A stretch of DNA of 33,487 nt from an uncultured Bacilli bacterium (GTDB lineage: Bacteria; Bacillota_I; Bacilli_A; RF39; UBA660), in contig CANQPR010000002.1 of assembly GCA_947625715.1 (NCBI GenBank), forward strand, positions 1 to 33,487, given 5' to 3'. The notes beneath the pieces were generated by a model. That model was not told the DNA's origin and did no database searches. It was given only the letters and a program-made list of their open reading frames with translations. Within the stretch, counting starts at the first letter, position 1, and each line of letters begins with the position of its first letter. Of the stretch, positions 22,988 through 33,476 are shown piece after piece. The translations under genes and the position numbers were made by a program.

Positions 22988-24313
22988 TTATTTCTCCTTT
23001 ACTTGTACTTTAATTATACCATCTTTAAGGCGAATGTTTAAGTTATCTTTAACATTTATTTGCTCTTTACTTGATATAATATTATTATCTTTTAAAACAA
23101 TACTATAGCCATTTTGTAATATCGCTAAAGGATTTAATAATTTTAGTGATTGTTTAAACATTTCTATAGTATGGATTTTTTGTTCTAGATAATAGTTATA
23201 TTGTTTGGTTAAATTTTGTTTAATATCTAAAAGGGGTTGATAATAACCGGTTAATATTTTCTCAGGGTTATTTAATAAGTAGTGTTCCTTAAAAGGCTCT
23301 AATTTCAATGTTTTGGCTTCAATAATTTTCTTGATGTTTTTCAAGATTAACTCACTTGCCCCATCAAGTTTTTGCATTTTTATTTCATATAAAATCATCG
23401 GATTTTTTAAAACATAACTTTCTTGTTTTTGTTTTAAGCGGTGTTTATAATCTTCAATTTTTTTCATTATGGCATTACTGATTTCAATTTCTTTAGTTTT
23501 GATTAAGTTTTTAACTTCTAAAACGGTTGGAACTGCCATTTCTGCTGCTCCGGTTGGCGTCGGCGCTCTAAGGTCTGCGACAAAATCAGCAATTGTATAA
23601 TCTACTTCATGACCAACGGCACTTATCACAGGGATTTTACAATCATAGATAGCTTTTGCAACAACTTCTTCATTAAAGGCCCATAAATCTTCGATGGAAC
23701 CCCCGCCTCTACCAACAATTAATACATCTAGGTCATATTCTTGGGCTAAAGCTATTTTATTTGCTATATCCTGGGCGGCATTAACACCCTGTACTAATGC
23801 CGGAAAAAGGATTGTTTGACACAAAGGAAATCTTCTTTTGATAGTACTTAATATATCTTTAATTGCCGCGCCAGTGGGGGCTGTTATAATACCAATTTTT
23901 TCGGGAAATTTGGGAATAGCTTTTTTGTGCTCCAAAGAAAATAAGCCTAAAGAAGCTAATTTCTTTTTTAAAGCTTCAAATTTTAAATATAAATTCCCTA
24001 GGCCATCTTGTTCTAGTTTATCAATATATATTTGATAATTTCCGCCAATTGGATAGACACTAATTCGGCCTTCCACTAAAACTTTCATTCCATCTTCAGG
24101 AGTAAAGTTAAGGTTTTGGGCACTACTTCTAAACATAATAGCACTTATTCTTGAGGTTTCATCTTTTAATGTTAAATATAAGTGTCCTGTTGTATGTTTT
24201 TTAAAATTACTAATTTCTCCTTTAAGATAAACTTTTTTTAATTTTTCATCATAATCAAATAATAATTTAATATAATTATTTATTTGAGTGATTGTAATAT
24301 ATTCATGATTCAC
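22988..24313 (-). CDS. xseA: exodeoxyribonuclease VII large subunit
   Basis: N-terminal OB fold (YLKGEISNFKKHTTGHLYLTLKD), catalytic core GRGGGSIEDLWAFNEE, and a long coiled-coil C-terminus. GTG start. Confidence 0.9.
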   Translation of the reverse strand: MNHEYITITQINNYIKLLFDYDEKLKKVYLKGEISNFKKHTTGHLYLTLKDETSRISAIMFRSSAQNLNFTPEDGMKVLVEGRISVYPIGGNYQIYIDKLEQDGLGNLYLKFEALKKKLASLGLFSLEHKKAIPKFPEKIGIITAPTGAAIKDILSTIKRRFPLCQTILFPALVQGVNAAQDIANKIALAQEYDLDVLIVGRGGGSIEDLWAFNEEVVAKAIYDCKIPVISAVGHEVDYTIADFVADLRAPTPTGAAEMAVPTVLEVKNLIKTKEIEISNAIMKKIEDYKHRLKQKQESYVLKNPMILYEIKMQKLDGASELILKNIKKIIEAKTLKLEPFKEHYLLNNPEKILTGYYQPLLDIKQNLTKQYNYYLEQKIHTIEMFKQSLKLLNPLAILQNGYSIVLKDNNIISSKEQINVKDNLNIRLKDGIIKVQVKEK

Positions 24314-24328
24314 GCTTGTTCACTTCCT

Positions 24329-24754
24329 TTATTCTTTTATATATCGGTCTAATACAGCATTAATCATTTTAGCTAAATCATCTTCTGTATAGTTTTTAGC
24401 TAATTCAACAGCTTCATTAATGACCACAATTTTTGGAGTATCCATATACTTTAATTCATATAAAGCTATTTTTAGAATGGCTGAGCCAATTTTATCAATT
24501 CTTTTAATATCCCAATCTTTTAAATATTTATTGGCAAGGGTATTTAATTGTTCTTCATTATTATTTACACCATAAACTAAATCTTTTACAAATTCATTTT
24601 CCTCTTCCATATTTTCTTTTATTACTTCATCAATTGTATAGGGAATATGACTATCTTTTCTTAAACTAATTTGATACAAAATTGTCATGGCTATTTTTCT
24701 TTGTTCGCTTCTTTTTTTCAAATCACTCACCACTTTCAATGAATATTTTATCAT
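24329..24754 (-). CDS. nusB: transcription antitermination factor NusB
   Basis: RSEQRKIAMTILYQ...DRI..IGSAILKIALYEL...P..VVINEAVELAK pattern. The true start may be an internal TTG or GTG a few codons downstream. Confidence 0.85.
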   Translation of the reverse strand: MIKYSLKVVSDLKKRSEQRKIAMTILYQISLRKDSHIPYTIDEVIKENMEEENEFVKDLVYGVNNNEEQLNTLANKYLKDWDIKRIDKIGSAILKIALYELKYMDTPKIVVINEAVELAKNYTEDDLAKMINAVLDRYIKE

Positions 24755-24804
24755 GGATAATTTAAGATGTAAATTAATGAAGAAAACTAATTTTAATTTT
24801 AGGC

Positions 24805-24830
24805 AAAAAAAAACTAGAATAATCTAGCTT
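24805..24830 (-). terminator. weak terminator after the CAP-domain protein gene
   Basis: Minus strand: CTAGA-ttat-TCTAG followed by nine T. The stem is only 5 bp. Confidence 0.4.
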
Positions 24831-24834
24831 TTAA

Positions 24835-26076
24835 TTACATTTTGCTTTTAGCTAAGCCTTTTATACTAAATAAGCTTGCTACAACAGAAACTAATAGTAA
24901 TCCAACCATTAAGCCAATTTTATCGCCAGTTTGGGGATTTTCTTCTGTTACAGTATTTTCAGTTGTTGCCTTAAGTTCAGTAACATTGTTTGTTGTATTT
25001 TGACTACTACCTGTATTTACTTCTTCTGTAGTTGTTTGATTTTGGTTTTGATTAGTAGTTTCCTCTTCTTTTTCTTCTTTTGCTAAAACATCAAAGAAGT
25101 TTACAGTATATTCTACATTGCTAATTGCTCTTGTTTTGGTTTGTAAATTTTTAACTTCAACTTTATAAGCATCATCACCAGAATACATTCCGGCATTGGC
25201 ACTTGCTGAAGGTTGGGCAAAGTTAAGCATTGTTTCTGATACTTGTAATTTTCCGTTTTCTTTGGTGCATTCATAAGTTTTATCATTTTTTAAATCGGTT
25301 ATTACAACTACAACATCATTATTTGCTGTATAATAATCATCATTTAATTCAATAGTCCATGATGCACTTTTGGCACTTAATATGTTATTAGGCATATATC
25401 CAGGAGCTGGGAAAGCATAAAATGGATTTTTACTTTCGTTTTTACTTTCTTTCATTAATCCAATCGCAATGTTACCAGCATAACCAAATTGTAAATTACT
25501 TCTTGTACTTGATAATATAGCTTGACGATGACCTATTGTATCAAATTTTTGAGAAGTTAAACTATAACCTTCATTTAACCAACCAGTAATTGCCCCTCTT
25601 GGTGTATAATTATAAGCAAGAATATTATGGTTAGCATTAGCTCCTAAATCCCAAAGTTCTTGATCCATATCTGAAGGTTTTTTACTGTCATCTACAGTAT
25701 GATTGAAATCCCAATTACGAATTAGAGCTCCAGCTTGTAATTCTTCTGAATGAACAGATGTTACTTTAAGTGGGTCAGCGCCAATTAAATAACGATAGTA
25801 ATTACTCATTTTCGTCATTGCTGTATGAGTATCGCTAGTTAATTCACCGGCAATATAAGTTTCTTTTAAAGATGGTGCAACTTTATAATATGTACTAGTA
25901 CTTCCATCTTTATAACTTCCAGCATCTAAGGCTGTTTCATAGCGTGATTTAATTTCTTCTTTTGTTCTTGTTTTAAATACGCTCCACTCATTTGCGTTAG
26001 TGCTAAATTCTTCAGCATGAACACAAATAGGTAAGCATAAGGCAATTAAAATTGCCATGGTTTTTAATTTTTTCAT
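24835..26076 (-). CDS. secreted CAP/SCP (YkwD-like) domain protein with NPQTG cell-wall sorting signal
   Basis: Signal peptide MKKLKTMAILIALCLPICVHA. CAP-type GHRQAILSSTRSNLQFGYAG. T/N/Q/E-rich linker. C-terminal NPQTG, hydrophobic helix and KSKM tail. Confidence 0.7.
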   Translation of the reverse strand: MKKLKTMAILIALCLPICVHAEEFSTNANEWSVFKTRTKEEIKSRYETALDAGSYKDGSTSTYYKVAPSLKETYIAGELTSDTHTAMTKMSNYYRYLIGADPLKVTSVHSEELQAGALIRNWDFNHTVDDSKKPSDMDQELWDLGANANHNILAYNYTPRGAITGWLNEGYSLTSQKFDTIGHRQAILSSTRSNLQFGYAGNIAIGLMKESKNESKNPFYAFPAPGYMPNNILSAKSASWTIELNDDYYTANNDVVVVITDLKNDKTYECTKENGKLQVSETMLNFAQPSASANAGMYSGDDAYKVEVKNLQTKTRAISNVEYTVNFFDVLAKEEKEEETTNQNQNQTTTEEVNTGSSQNTTNNVTELKATTENTVTEENPQTGDKIGLMVGLLLVSVVASLFSIKGLAKSKM

Positions 26077-26153
26077 TTTTTCTCTTTACCTCATTCTTTC
26101 TTTTAAATTAATCAAAATTTTACTACACAACATCCCTAACCTTTCTACAAAAA

Positions 26154-26183
26154 ATAATACCATATTTTCATTTTTAAGGTCAA
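26154..26183 (-). promoter_or_regulatory. sigma-A type promoter of the CAP-domain protein gene
   Basis: Minus strand: TTGACC (26183-26178), 18-nt spacer, TATTAT (26159-26154), preceded by TGG (extended -10 like). Confidence 0.4.
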
Positions 26184-26245
26184 TTATTTTCTTTAATTTT
26201 AAAAAATAATTTGGCACATTAAAGATGTTTTTATATAAAAAGATA

Positions 26246-26278
26246 TAAAAAAACTACACCCATTATATCGATGTAGTA
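26246..26278 (-). terminator. probable terminator of the dnaK operon after dnaJ
   Basis: Minus strand: ACTACA, 13-nt loop, TGTAGT, followed by TTTTTT. Confidence 0.45.
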
Positions 26279-26288
26279 CTAAATTTTA

Positions 26289-27422
26289 TTATAAATATTT
26301 TTTAAAATTACTGAATTCACTATTAGTTTCTAAATTTGTTTGATTAAGTTGTTCAAAGAGATTTTTTTGTTCTTTGGTAAGTTTATTAGGTATAATAACT
26401 TTTATGATAACATATTCGTCACCCTTACGTAGCGAATTAACGACCTTTAACCCTTTGCCTTTTAATTTATATTTGGTATTATTTTGGGTTCCTGGTTTAA
26501 TATCCATGTAAACATTTCCATAAATAGTTGGTACTTCTACTTTACCACCAAGAATAGCTTTAGTAATTGATATTGGTACTTCTATATATAAATCGGCATT
26601 ATCACGATGATAAAAATCACTTTCCTTGACGCGACATTCTATATATATATCGCCATTTTCACCACCATTAATACCAGATGCTCCTTTTCGAGAAATCTTT
26701 AATTGGTGTCCATCCATGACTCCTTCTGGAATATGAATTGATATTGTTTTTTTCTTTTTTACTTGACCAGTTCCATTACAAACGTTACATTCTTTTTTAA
26801 AGGTTTTCCCATTTCCCCCACATTTTGGACAAACACTTCGACTTTGAACAACGCCAAATAAACTTCGTTGCTCACTTATAACATAACCACTACCATTACA
26901 ATAACTACAGCTAACTTCATCAAAGCCACCCTTACCATGACAATTATCACAGGTCTCATTTAATGATAGTTCAATATCTTTATCAACACCAAATGCTGAT
27001 TCTAAAAAAGATAGGTCAATTCTAAGTAAAGTGTCCCTTCCTTTTCTTGGACGATTAGAATTAGCTCTTGTACTTCCACCAAAGAAATCAGAAAATCCTG
27101 AAAAACCACCAAAGGAATCACCAAAAGCCGCTCTTAAAATTTCACTTAAGTCAATATCACCGGCATCAAACCCTGAAAAACCACCAGATGCTCCTGCGTT
27201 ATCAAAAGCTGCATGACCAAATTGGTCATAAGTAGCTCTTTTTTGTTTGTCTGATAAAACCGCATAAGCTTCGCCAATTTCCTTAAATTTTTCTTCGGCA
27301 CCTGCTTCTTTATTTATATCAGGATGATATTGTTTAGCTAGTTTTCGAAAAGCTCTTTTTATTTCTTCATCACTAGCATTTTTACTAACACCTAATACTT
27401 CATAATAATCTTTCTTATTCAT
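26289..27422 (-). CDS. dnaJ: molecular chaperone DnaJ
   Basis: J domain (DYYEVLGV...YHPD), G/F-rich region, and four CxxCxGxG zinc-finger repeats. Confidence 0.95.
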   Translation of the reverse strand: MNKKDYYEVLGVSKNASDEEIKRAFRKLAKQYHPDINKEAGAEEKFKEIGEAYAVLSDKQKRATYDQFGHAAFDNAGASGGFSGFDAGDIDLSEILRAAFGDSFGGFSGFSDFFGGSTRANSNRPRKGRDTLLRIDLSFLESAFGVDKDIELSLNETCDNCHGKGGFDEVSCSYCNGSGYVISEQRSLFGVVQSRSVCPKCGGNGKTFKKECNVCNGTGQVKKKKTISIHIPEGVMDGHQLKISRKGASGINGGENGDIYIECRVKESDFYHRDNADLYIEVPISITKAILGGKVEVPTIYGNVYMDIKPGTQNNTKYKLKGKGLKVVNSLRKGDEYVIIKVIIPNKLTKEQKNLFEQLNQTNLETNSEFSNFKKYL

Positions 27423-29217
27423 CTATATCACCTTCATATACATTTTGGTATTTTGTTATTAAATAATCAAAATAATGAATAGCATTATAATAAGTTAATT
27501 TATCTGTTAAATCAATATTTAATATAGCATATATTTCTTTTGGTGTTTTATCACTACCAGCTTTTAAAAAGGCTATATAATTAGAAAGCATTGATTTATC
27601 ACCATCTAATATTTTTTTGGCAACATTTAGGGCCACACATACACAAATGGCATAGCTAAATAGATAATAATTATTATAATAATGACTTCTTGTAACCCAA
27701 CTATTTTTAGCATATTTATTAACCTTAACACTTGGACCTGAATATTTTTTAAGAGAATTATAAGCTAAATCATCTAAATATTCTTTGGTTAAGCTCCCAT
27801 TATGCAAAATAGTTTCATACATTTGTCGTTCCATTATTCCTTCTCTAACTGCTCCAAATAAATTATTTTCAATAACATTTAACATATTTTCGATTCCACT
27901 TAGTTTTTCATCTTTACTGTGAGCATTATTAGCTAAATAATTTGAGAGTAAAAATTCATTTGTTAAAGAGGCAACTTCCGCGATTATATTAGGGGTATCA
28001 ACATATTGAATTTTATTATTTTCTCTTACAAATTGATGATGAACATTATGTCCCGATTCATGAGCAATAGTAGAAATAGAATCCAAATCACCATTAAAAC
28101 TCATTAATATTCGCGAATCTTGTTTTAAAGTAGCAAAAGAATAACCCCCACTACATTTACCTTTATATTCACAATAATCTATATAACGATTATCTATGAT
28201 TTTCATAAATTTACTTAAATACTCTTCACCAAGAGGTTTCAAAGCATTTTTAATAATTCCTTGCGCTTCTTTAATTGTGTATTCGCTCTTATTATTACTC
28301 ATTGGTAAAGCTATGTCATATGAATTTAAAACATTCAGATTTAACACTTGCTTTTTCAATGCGTAAAAACGATGTAAAACATCTAAATTATCATTAACTG
28401 TTGTACATAAAGTTGTAAAAATTTTATCATCTAATTGTAAAGAAAATAATTTTCTTTCCCAGGAATCAGAAAAATTATAAATACTAGCTAATTGTTCTTC
28501 TAAATTCATATAAGAATTTAATAAGTTGGCATTAATATCACTATATTGGTCAATTACTTTATGAAATGATAAATAGGTCTTTTTTCTTATCAATGGATTT
28601 TTACTACGAAGTAATTTGCGATAATTCGTTGATGTTATTAAAACTTTTTTACCATCAACAATAATATGACCATAATGATGATTTTTATTTAGCATCGTTG
28701 ATGATGCATCACTAAAATGGTCGGTTGCATTTACTAATTTAGAGACTATTACTTCTTTATCTTCATCTATAACATGTTCTTTAAAACGATAAATATCATC
28801 AAGTAAAGCTTTATATTCATTTAATTTAGGATTTTTAATAAATAAATTTTGATATTCATCTTTACTCAATTTTAAAAGTTCCGGATTAAAGAAACTTAAA
28901 TTTTCATCTAATTTACCACTTAAAAGAATGGTTTTATTTTTTCTTTCAATACTTTTTGAAACGCCTAATTCTTGATCATTAATTAAATGCGCATATACAT
29001 AGGCATCTTCAAATAAGGCTATCGTATCAATTTCTTCTTCTAAAAATTCATATAGTTTTAGAGGGTCTTTGCTACAACCAACATATTTTTTTAAATTAGC
29101 TATTTTCTTTTCTAATTGATTAAGGGCCTTATTAAATTCATTTTCATCTTTAAAAAATGATGTTAAATCCCATTTATATTCCTTTTCTACTTCATCGCGA
29201 TTTTTATATATTTTCAC
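27415..29217 (-). CDS. pepF: oligoendopeptidase F (M3B family)
   Basis: 600 aa. N-terminal EKEYKWDL, zinc motif [12 protein letters not shown] start with a GAGG RBS. The stop overlaps the dnaJ start by 8 nt. Confidence 0.9.
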   Translation of the reverse strand: MKIYKNRDEVEKEYKWDLTSFFKDENEFNKALNQLEKKIANLKKYVGCSKDPLKLYEFLEEEIDTIALFEDAYVYAHLINDQELGVSKSIERKNKTILLSGKLDENLSFFNPELLKLSKDEYQNLFIKNPKLNEYKALLDDIYRFKEHVIDEDKEVIVSKLVNATDHFSDASSTMLNKNHHYGHIIVDGKKVLITSTNYRKLLRSKNPLIRKKTYLSFHKVIDQYSDINANLLNSYMNLEEQLASIYNFSDSWERKLFSLQLDDKIFTTLCTTVNDNLDVLHRFYALKKQVLNLNVLNSYDIALPMSNNKSEYTIKEAQGIIKNALKPLGEEYLSKFMKIIDNRYIDYCEYKGKCSGGYSFATLKQDSRILMSFNGDLDSISTIAHESGHNVHHQFVRENNKIQYVDTPNIIAEVASLTNEFLLSNYLANNAHSKDEKLSGIENMLNVIENNLFGAVREGIMERQMYETILHNGSLTKEYLDDLAYNSLKKYSGPSVKVNKYAKNSWVTRSHYYNNYYLFSYAICVCVALNVAKKILDGDKSMLSNYIAFLKAGSDKTPKEIYAILNIDLTDKLTYYNAIHYFDYLITKYQNVYEGDIDE

Positions 29218-29242
29218 CTTTTACCTCTTTTCTTTTATTAAC

Positions 29243-29270
29243 GAGAGAAAAGTTCTAGTTTCCTAGAACC
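29243..29270 (-). terminator. intra-operon hairpin or partial terminator between dnaK and pepF
   Basis: Minus strand: GTTCTAG-GAAA-CTAGAAC followed by TTTTCTCTC. Confidence 0.5.
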
Positions 29271-29276
29271 AATTTT

Positions 29277-31100
29277 TTATTTTTCCTCATATGATGCTTC
29301 TTCGACATCATCGCTTTTTTTCGGTTCTTCATTAGGTGTAGTATTGTTATTTTGATTTTTCTTTGCTTCTTCTTCATATACTTTAGTTGCAAGTTTCATT
29401 GCTACCTCATTTAAGCTTTCTGTTTTCTTTTTAATATCTTCGACATCATTTTTCTCTAAAGCATCTTTTAATTCTTTTAATTTGCTTTCAGCCTCATCTT
29501 TATCTTTAGCATCTACTTTATCACCTAAATCTTTAATAGCCTTTTCCGTAGCAAATATCATTGAATCAGCCTCATTTTTAACATTAGCTTCTTCTTTACG
29601 TTTTTCATCTTGTTCTTTATTAGCTTCAGCTTCTTTCATCATTTTATCAATTTCTTCATCACTTAAATTAGTATTAGATGTAATCGTAATTGATTGTTCT
29701 TTGTTAGTTCCTAAATCTTTAGCCGTTACATTAACAATACCATTGGCATCAATATCAAATTTAACTTCGATTTGAGGTACACCTCTTGGTGCTGGTGGAA
29801 TATTTGCAAGTTGGAAATTTCCTAGGGTTTTATTGTCAGCAGCCATTGGTCTTTCACCTTGTAAAACGTGAATATCTACAGCAGGTTGATTATCACTAGC
29901 GGTACTAAATACTTGACTCTTACTTGTTGGAATAGTAGTATTTCTTGGAATTAAAACAGTCATTACTCCCCCTAAAGTTTCAAGTCCTAAAGATAGGGGT
30001 GTAACATCAAGTAATACTAAATCATCAACTTCACCAGTTAAAACACCACCTTGGATAGCAGCACCCATTGCAACTACTTCATCAGGATTAACACCTTTAT
30101 GAGGTTCTTTACCAAGTTCTTTTTTAACTAATTCTTGAATATATGGAATACGAGTTGAACCACCGACTAATATTACTTCATTAATATCTTTGGCACTTAA
30201 TTTAGCATCTTTTAAAGCTTTTCTAACTGGTTCTAGAGTTGAATCAAATAAATCACGACATAAATCTTCAAATTTAGCTTTAGATAATTCCATATCTAAA
30301 TGAACAGGACCATCACTACTTTGAGAAATAAAAGGTAAATTAATTTGAGTTTTACTCATACCAGATAAATCTTTTTTAGCTTTTTCAGCAGCATCTTTAA
30401 GTCTTTGCATAGCCATTGAATCTTTAGTTAAATCAATGCCATTTTCTTTTTTGAAAGTATCAGTCATCCAATCAATAATTCTTTGATCGAAATCATCACC
30501 ACCTAAACGGTTATTACCACTTGTTGATTTAACATCATAAACTCCATCACCAATTTCTAATATTGAAACATCAAATGTTCCTCCACCTAAGTCATAAACT
30601 AAGATAGTTTGTAATTTTTCTTGTTTATCTAATCCATAGGCTAAAGCAGCAGCTGTTGGTTCATTAATAATTCTTTTAACATCTAAACCGGCAATTTTAC
30701 CAGCATTTTTAGTAGCTTGTCTTTGCGCATCATTAAAGTATGCTGGAACAGTTATAACAGCTTCACTAACTTTACTACCTAAATAACTTTCAGCATCCGT
30801 TTTTAATTTAGATAAAATCTTAGCAGATATTTCTTCAGCTGTCCAATCTTTATCATTAGCATTAGTTTTTTCGGCAGTTCCCATTTTTCTTTTAATAGAA
30901 GAAATTGTATTTTTAGGATTAGTTACTGCTTGTCTTTTTGCTCTATCTCCTACTAGAGTTTCACCATCTTTAGTAAATGCTACAACACTTGGTGTTGTTC
31001 TTCCGCCTTCATCATTTGGAATTACAACAGGACTTCCTCCTTCCATAATTGCTACACAACTATTAGTTGTACCTAAATCAATACCTATAATTTTACTCAT
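29277..31100 (-). CDS. dnaK: molecular chaperone DnaK (Hsp70)
   Basis: [18 protein letters not shown] and [11 protein letters not shown] signatures. ATG at 31100 (MSKIIGID) is better spaced from the AAAGGAA RBS than the ATG at 31109. Confidence 0.97.
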   Translation of the reverse strand: MSKIIGIDLGTTNSCVAIMEGGSPVVIPNDEGGRTTPSVVAFTKDGETLVGDRAKRQAVTNPKNTISSIKRKMGTAEKTNANDKDWTAEEISAKILSKLKTDAESYLGSKVSEAVITVPAYFNDAQRQATKNAGKIAGLDVKRIINEPTAAALAYGLDKQEKLQTILVYDLGGGTFDVSILEIGDGVYDVKSTSGNNRLGGDDFDQRIIDWMTDTFKKENGIDLTKDSMAMQRLKDAAEKAKKDLSGMSKTQINLPFISQSSDGPVHLDMELSKAKFEDLCRDLFDSTLEPVRKALKDAKLSAKDINEVILVGGSTRIPYIQELVKKELGKEPHKGVNPDEVVAMGAAIQGGVLTGEVDDLVLLDVTPLSLGLETLGGVMTVLIPRNTTIPTSKSQVFSTASDNQPAVDIHVLQGERPMAADNKTLGNFQLANIPPAPRGVPQIEVKFDIDANGIVNVTAKDLGTNKEQSITITSNTNLSDEEIDKMMKEAEANKEQDEKRKEEANVKNEADSMIFATEKAIKDLGDKVDAKDKDEAESKLKELKDALEKNDVEDIKKKTESLNEVAMKLATKVYEEEAKKNQNNNTTPNEEPKKSDDVEEASYEEK

Positions 31101-31135
31101 ATTTATCATTCCTTTCTTAATTTTTTGAGTAGTAA

Positions 31136-31678
31136 TTATTCATCTTTATTATTAACTTTTACCATTGCTGGCCTAATAATTTTATCTTTATACATATATC
31201 CTTTTTGCATACAATCAATAACAATATTATCATCAACGTCTTTTATGTGATCGATTAACACTGCATTCATTGTAAGTGAATCAAAACTTTTACCAACACA
31301 TTCTATTTCTTTAATTTCTAATTTATCAAAAATTTCTTTAAAGCTTGCATAAATCATCTTAAAGCCTTCTAAAAACTTACTTACTTCATCAGTTAAATTA
31401 GCATCATCTAATAAAAGAGCTCGCTCAAAATTATCAATGATTGGTAAAAGTGAGCAAATAAGATTTTCTCCTTCATATTTAATTAATCTTTGTTTGTCTT
31501 CTTCAAAATGTCTTTTCATATTTTGCATCTCGGCACTTATTCTTAACACTTTTTCTTTTAATTGTTCATTTTGATTAATTAATATATTATTTTGTTCTTG
31601 CCATTTATTATGATTTTTTTTCTTTTTTTCTTTAGTTTCTTTATTTTCTTTTTCTATCTTAGAATCTTTCTCATCCAT
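31136..31678 (-). CDS. grpE: nucleotide exchange factor GrpE
   Basis: Charged N-terminus, coiled coil, and [12 protein letters not shown] signature. AGGAGGAT RBS. Confidence 0.9.
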   Translation of the reverse strand: MDEKDSKIEKENKETKEKKKKNHNKWQEQNNILINQNEQLKEKVLRISAEMQNMKRHFEEDKQRLIKYEGENLICSLLPIIDNFERALLLDDANLTDEVSKFLEGFKMIYASFKEIFDKLEIKEIECVGKSFDSLTMNAVLIDHIKDVDDNIVIDCMQKGYMYKDKIIRPAMVKVNNKDE

Positions 31679-31679
31679 T

Positions 31680-32684
31680 TTAATCCTCCTTATTTAATTG
31701 TTCATTAATGTACGATAATAAACCGATGACTTTGGCATATTCCATTCGCTTAGGACCAATTATGGCAATGGTTCCGTCTTCACCATTACGGTGATATGTC
31801 GTTTTAATTACGGTTACATTTGGATCAAATTTATTTTCATCACCAATATATACATTAACGCCCTTTTCTCCATCTCTTGCTTCAATTTTGTTAATAAGAT
31901 CTTGATCATCAAATTTTGATAAAATATCTTTTACTTGGGAAATATCACTATATTCGGGAGCATCTAATAAATATTTTTTTCCACTCATATGTACATTATC
32001 ATGAACTTTGGTAGCAAAATCATGAAATGTCTGAGAAAAAATATTATATACGGTTTCATATTGGGCAATCTTTTCTGCCAAAATTGGTTTAATTTCATAT
32101 TCTAAGCGCTCAGACACCCGCAAAATAGGAGTCCCAAAAAGCATTTTATTAATTATTGCACAAGTTTTGACTATTTCATCGACACTAATACTTTTTGGCA
32201 AAATAAATTTTTTATTTTGAACAATTCCTTTATCGGTACAAACTAAAGCGACAATCTCTTGATTAGCTAAAGGAATAATTGATACTTGTTGAAGTGTATT
32301 ATCATTAGATTTTTTCCCTAAAACAATACTTGTATAGTTAGTCATTTCACTAATAATTTCAACGCATCGATTAATAGCTTCAGACAACTGTAATTCTCGG
32401 TTATTAAAAATTGTTTGTAATTTTAATACATCTTCCCCAGTTAATTCTTTGGGTTTCATTAAATGTTCAACATAATATTTATATCCTTTTTCACTTGGCA
32501 CTCTTCCTGAAGAAATATGATTTTTTTCTAAAAATCCAGCTTCTTCTAACTTGGCCATCTCATTTCTTATCGTAGCTGATGAACACTTTAGTCGTTTACA
32601 AAGCGATTTACTTCCGACTGGTTTAACCGTTTTAATATATGTTTCAACAATATGTTTTAAAATATTAGCTTGACGATTATTCAA
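31680..32684 (-). CDS. hrcA: heat-inducible transcription repressor HrcA
   Basis: Winged-helix N-terminus (RQANILKHIVETYIKTVKPVGSK...SSATIRNEMAKLEEAGFL). The TTG at 32684 is preceded by a GAGGAA RBS. The ORF-track GTG at 32705 lies inside the CIRCE element. Confidence 0.9.
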   Translation of the reverse strand: MNNRQANILKHIVETYIKTVKPVGSKSLCKRLKCSSATIRNEMAKLEEAGFLEKNHISSGRVPSEKGYKYYVEHLMKPKELTGEDVLKLQTIFNNRELQLSEAINRCVEIISEMTNYTSIVLGKKSNDNTLQQVSIIPLANQEIVALVCTDKGIVQNKKFILPKSISVDEIVKTCAIINKMLFGTPILRVSERLEYEIKPILAEKIAQYETVYNIFSQTFHDFATKVHDNVHMSGKKYLLDAPEYSDISQVKDILSKFDDQDLINKIEARDGEKGVNVYIGDENKFDPNVTVIKTTYHRNGEDGTIAIIGPKRMEYAKVIGLLSYINEQLNKED

Positions 32685-32698
32685 TCTTTTCACTTCCT

Positions 32699-32725
32699 CT
32701 AGCACCTAGTATATTCAAGTGCTAA
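32699..32725. promoter_or_regulatory. CIRCE operator (proximal, degenerate)
   Basis: CTAGCACCT-N9-AAGTGCTAA compared with the consensus TTAGCACTC-N9-GAGTGCTAA: 6/9 and 8/9. Located at the predicted transcription start. Confidence 0.6.
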
Positions 32726-32729
32726 GATA

Positions 32730-32757
32730 ATTATACTAAAAAATTAGCACTTGTCAA
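32730..32757 (-). promoter_or_regulatory. sigma-A type promoter of the hrcA-grpE-dnaK operon
   Basis: Minus strand: TTGACA (32757-32752), 16-nt spacer, TATAAT (32735-32730). Confidence 0.6.
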
Positions 32758-32770
32758 GAGTTAATGCTAA
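32744..32770. promoter_or_regulatory. CIRCE operator (distal)
   Basis: TTAGCACTT-N9-TAATGCTAA: 8/9 and 7/9 to consensus. Overlaps the -35 hexamer. Confidence 0.7.
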
Positions 32771-32774
32771 TTTT

Positions 32775-33476
32775 TTAATTAAGACAGTAAATAATTAATT
32801 GTCTTCCCAAAATAATAACGAGGGCGATGATAATATAAAAAAGAATCGAAACGCTTGTAACTTTAATTGGTAATTTATTTAAGGCAAATATATTATTTTG
32901 CTTTTCTCTATTATCTAAATTTTGAATTAATTTTTCAATTTCGATATCTACTAAATTTAATGTTTCACTTAAGGTTATTAAAGAAAGTAGCATCGATTGA
33001 ATCATTTTACTAGGCATTCTTGTTTTTAAATAAAGCATGGCATCTTTAAAACTATTTTTAAAAGCGGTATTTAAAAAGGCTAATTTCATTTCTTTAGCAA
33101 AACCATTATCTAAATTATTACTTGTTAAAATAAGAGATTGAACAAAATTTTGATTATCCTTATAAGTTAAGAGAAAAACATTCAAAAAAATTATAGCTTC
33201 TTTTTCTAAATATATACTTCTTTTTTTAATGCGATAATCAAATATTAAATATTCACTTAAATACCGAAAAATTAAAACGGCGCCTAAAGCAATTAATAGC
33301 CCATATTTGCTAAGGAAAAAACAAAGGCCAAACAAAAGAATACTAATAATTAAACGATAGTACAAAAAAGATGCGACATAGTTAGAATCATCAATTCCTA
33401 AATACAAAGCTTTTTGTTTTATTTTTTCATAAGTCTTTTTTCTTACAATAGCTCTTATAATATTATGTTCCATCAT
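32775..33476 (-). CDS. TadB/TadC-like (type II secretion system F domain) membrane protein
   Basis: 233 aa with TM helices at both ends flanking a helical cytoplasmic domain. The pattern is reminiscent of Flp/Tad pilus platform proteins. Weak, pattern-level assignment. Confidence 0.4.
   Translation of the reverse strand: MMEHNIIRAIVRKKTYEKIKQKALYLGIDDSNYVASFLYYRLIISILLFGLCFFLSKYGLLIALGAVLIFRYLSEYLIFDYRIKKRSIYLEKEAIIFLNVFLLTYKDNQNFVQSLILTSNNLDNGFAKEMKLAFLNTAFKNSFKDAMLYLKTRMPSKMIQSMLLSLITLSETLNLVDIEIEKLIQNLDNREKQNNIFALNKLPIKVTSVSILFYIIIALVIILGRQLIIYCLN

Noticed and set aside
881-29775. Short ORFs (60-115 aa) from the track that lie antisense to or inside long conserved genes: 881-1090, 2301-2615, 2930-3121, 6198-6491, 12224-12421, 12519-12701, 14510-14710, 15385-15732, 16930-17187, 18822-19016, 19807-20013, 21590-21775, 22881-23108, 23838-24035, 27031-27216, 29482-29775.
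   Set aside because: Each is fully shadowed by a confidently identified gene on the other strand. All have low-complexity or hydrophobic translations typical of AT-rich antisense frames, and none has a convincing RBS.
10457-32705. Longer N-terminal extensions implied by the ORF-track starts of tcdA (10457), rarA (13287), xerD (13270), the CDF gene (21422), proS (22776), dnaK (31109) and hrcA (32705).
   Set aside because: In each case an internal start has a properly spaced Shine-Dalgarno and yields the N-terminus typical of the family. The extensions add non-conserved residues or create gene overlaps (CDF with proS) or an overlap with an operator (hrcA).
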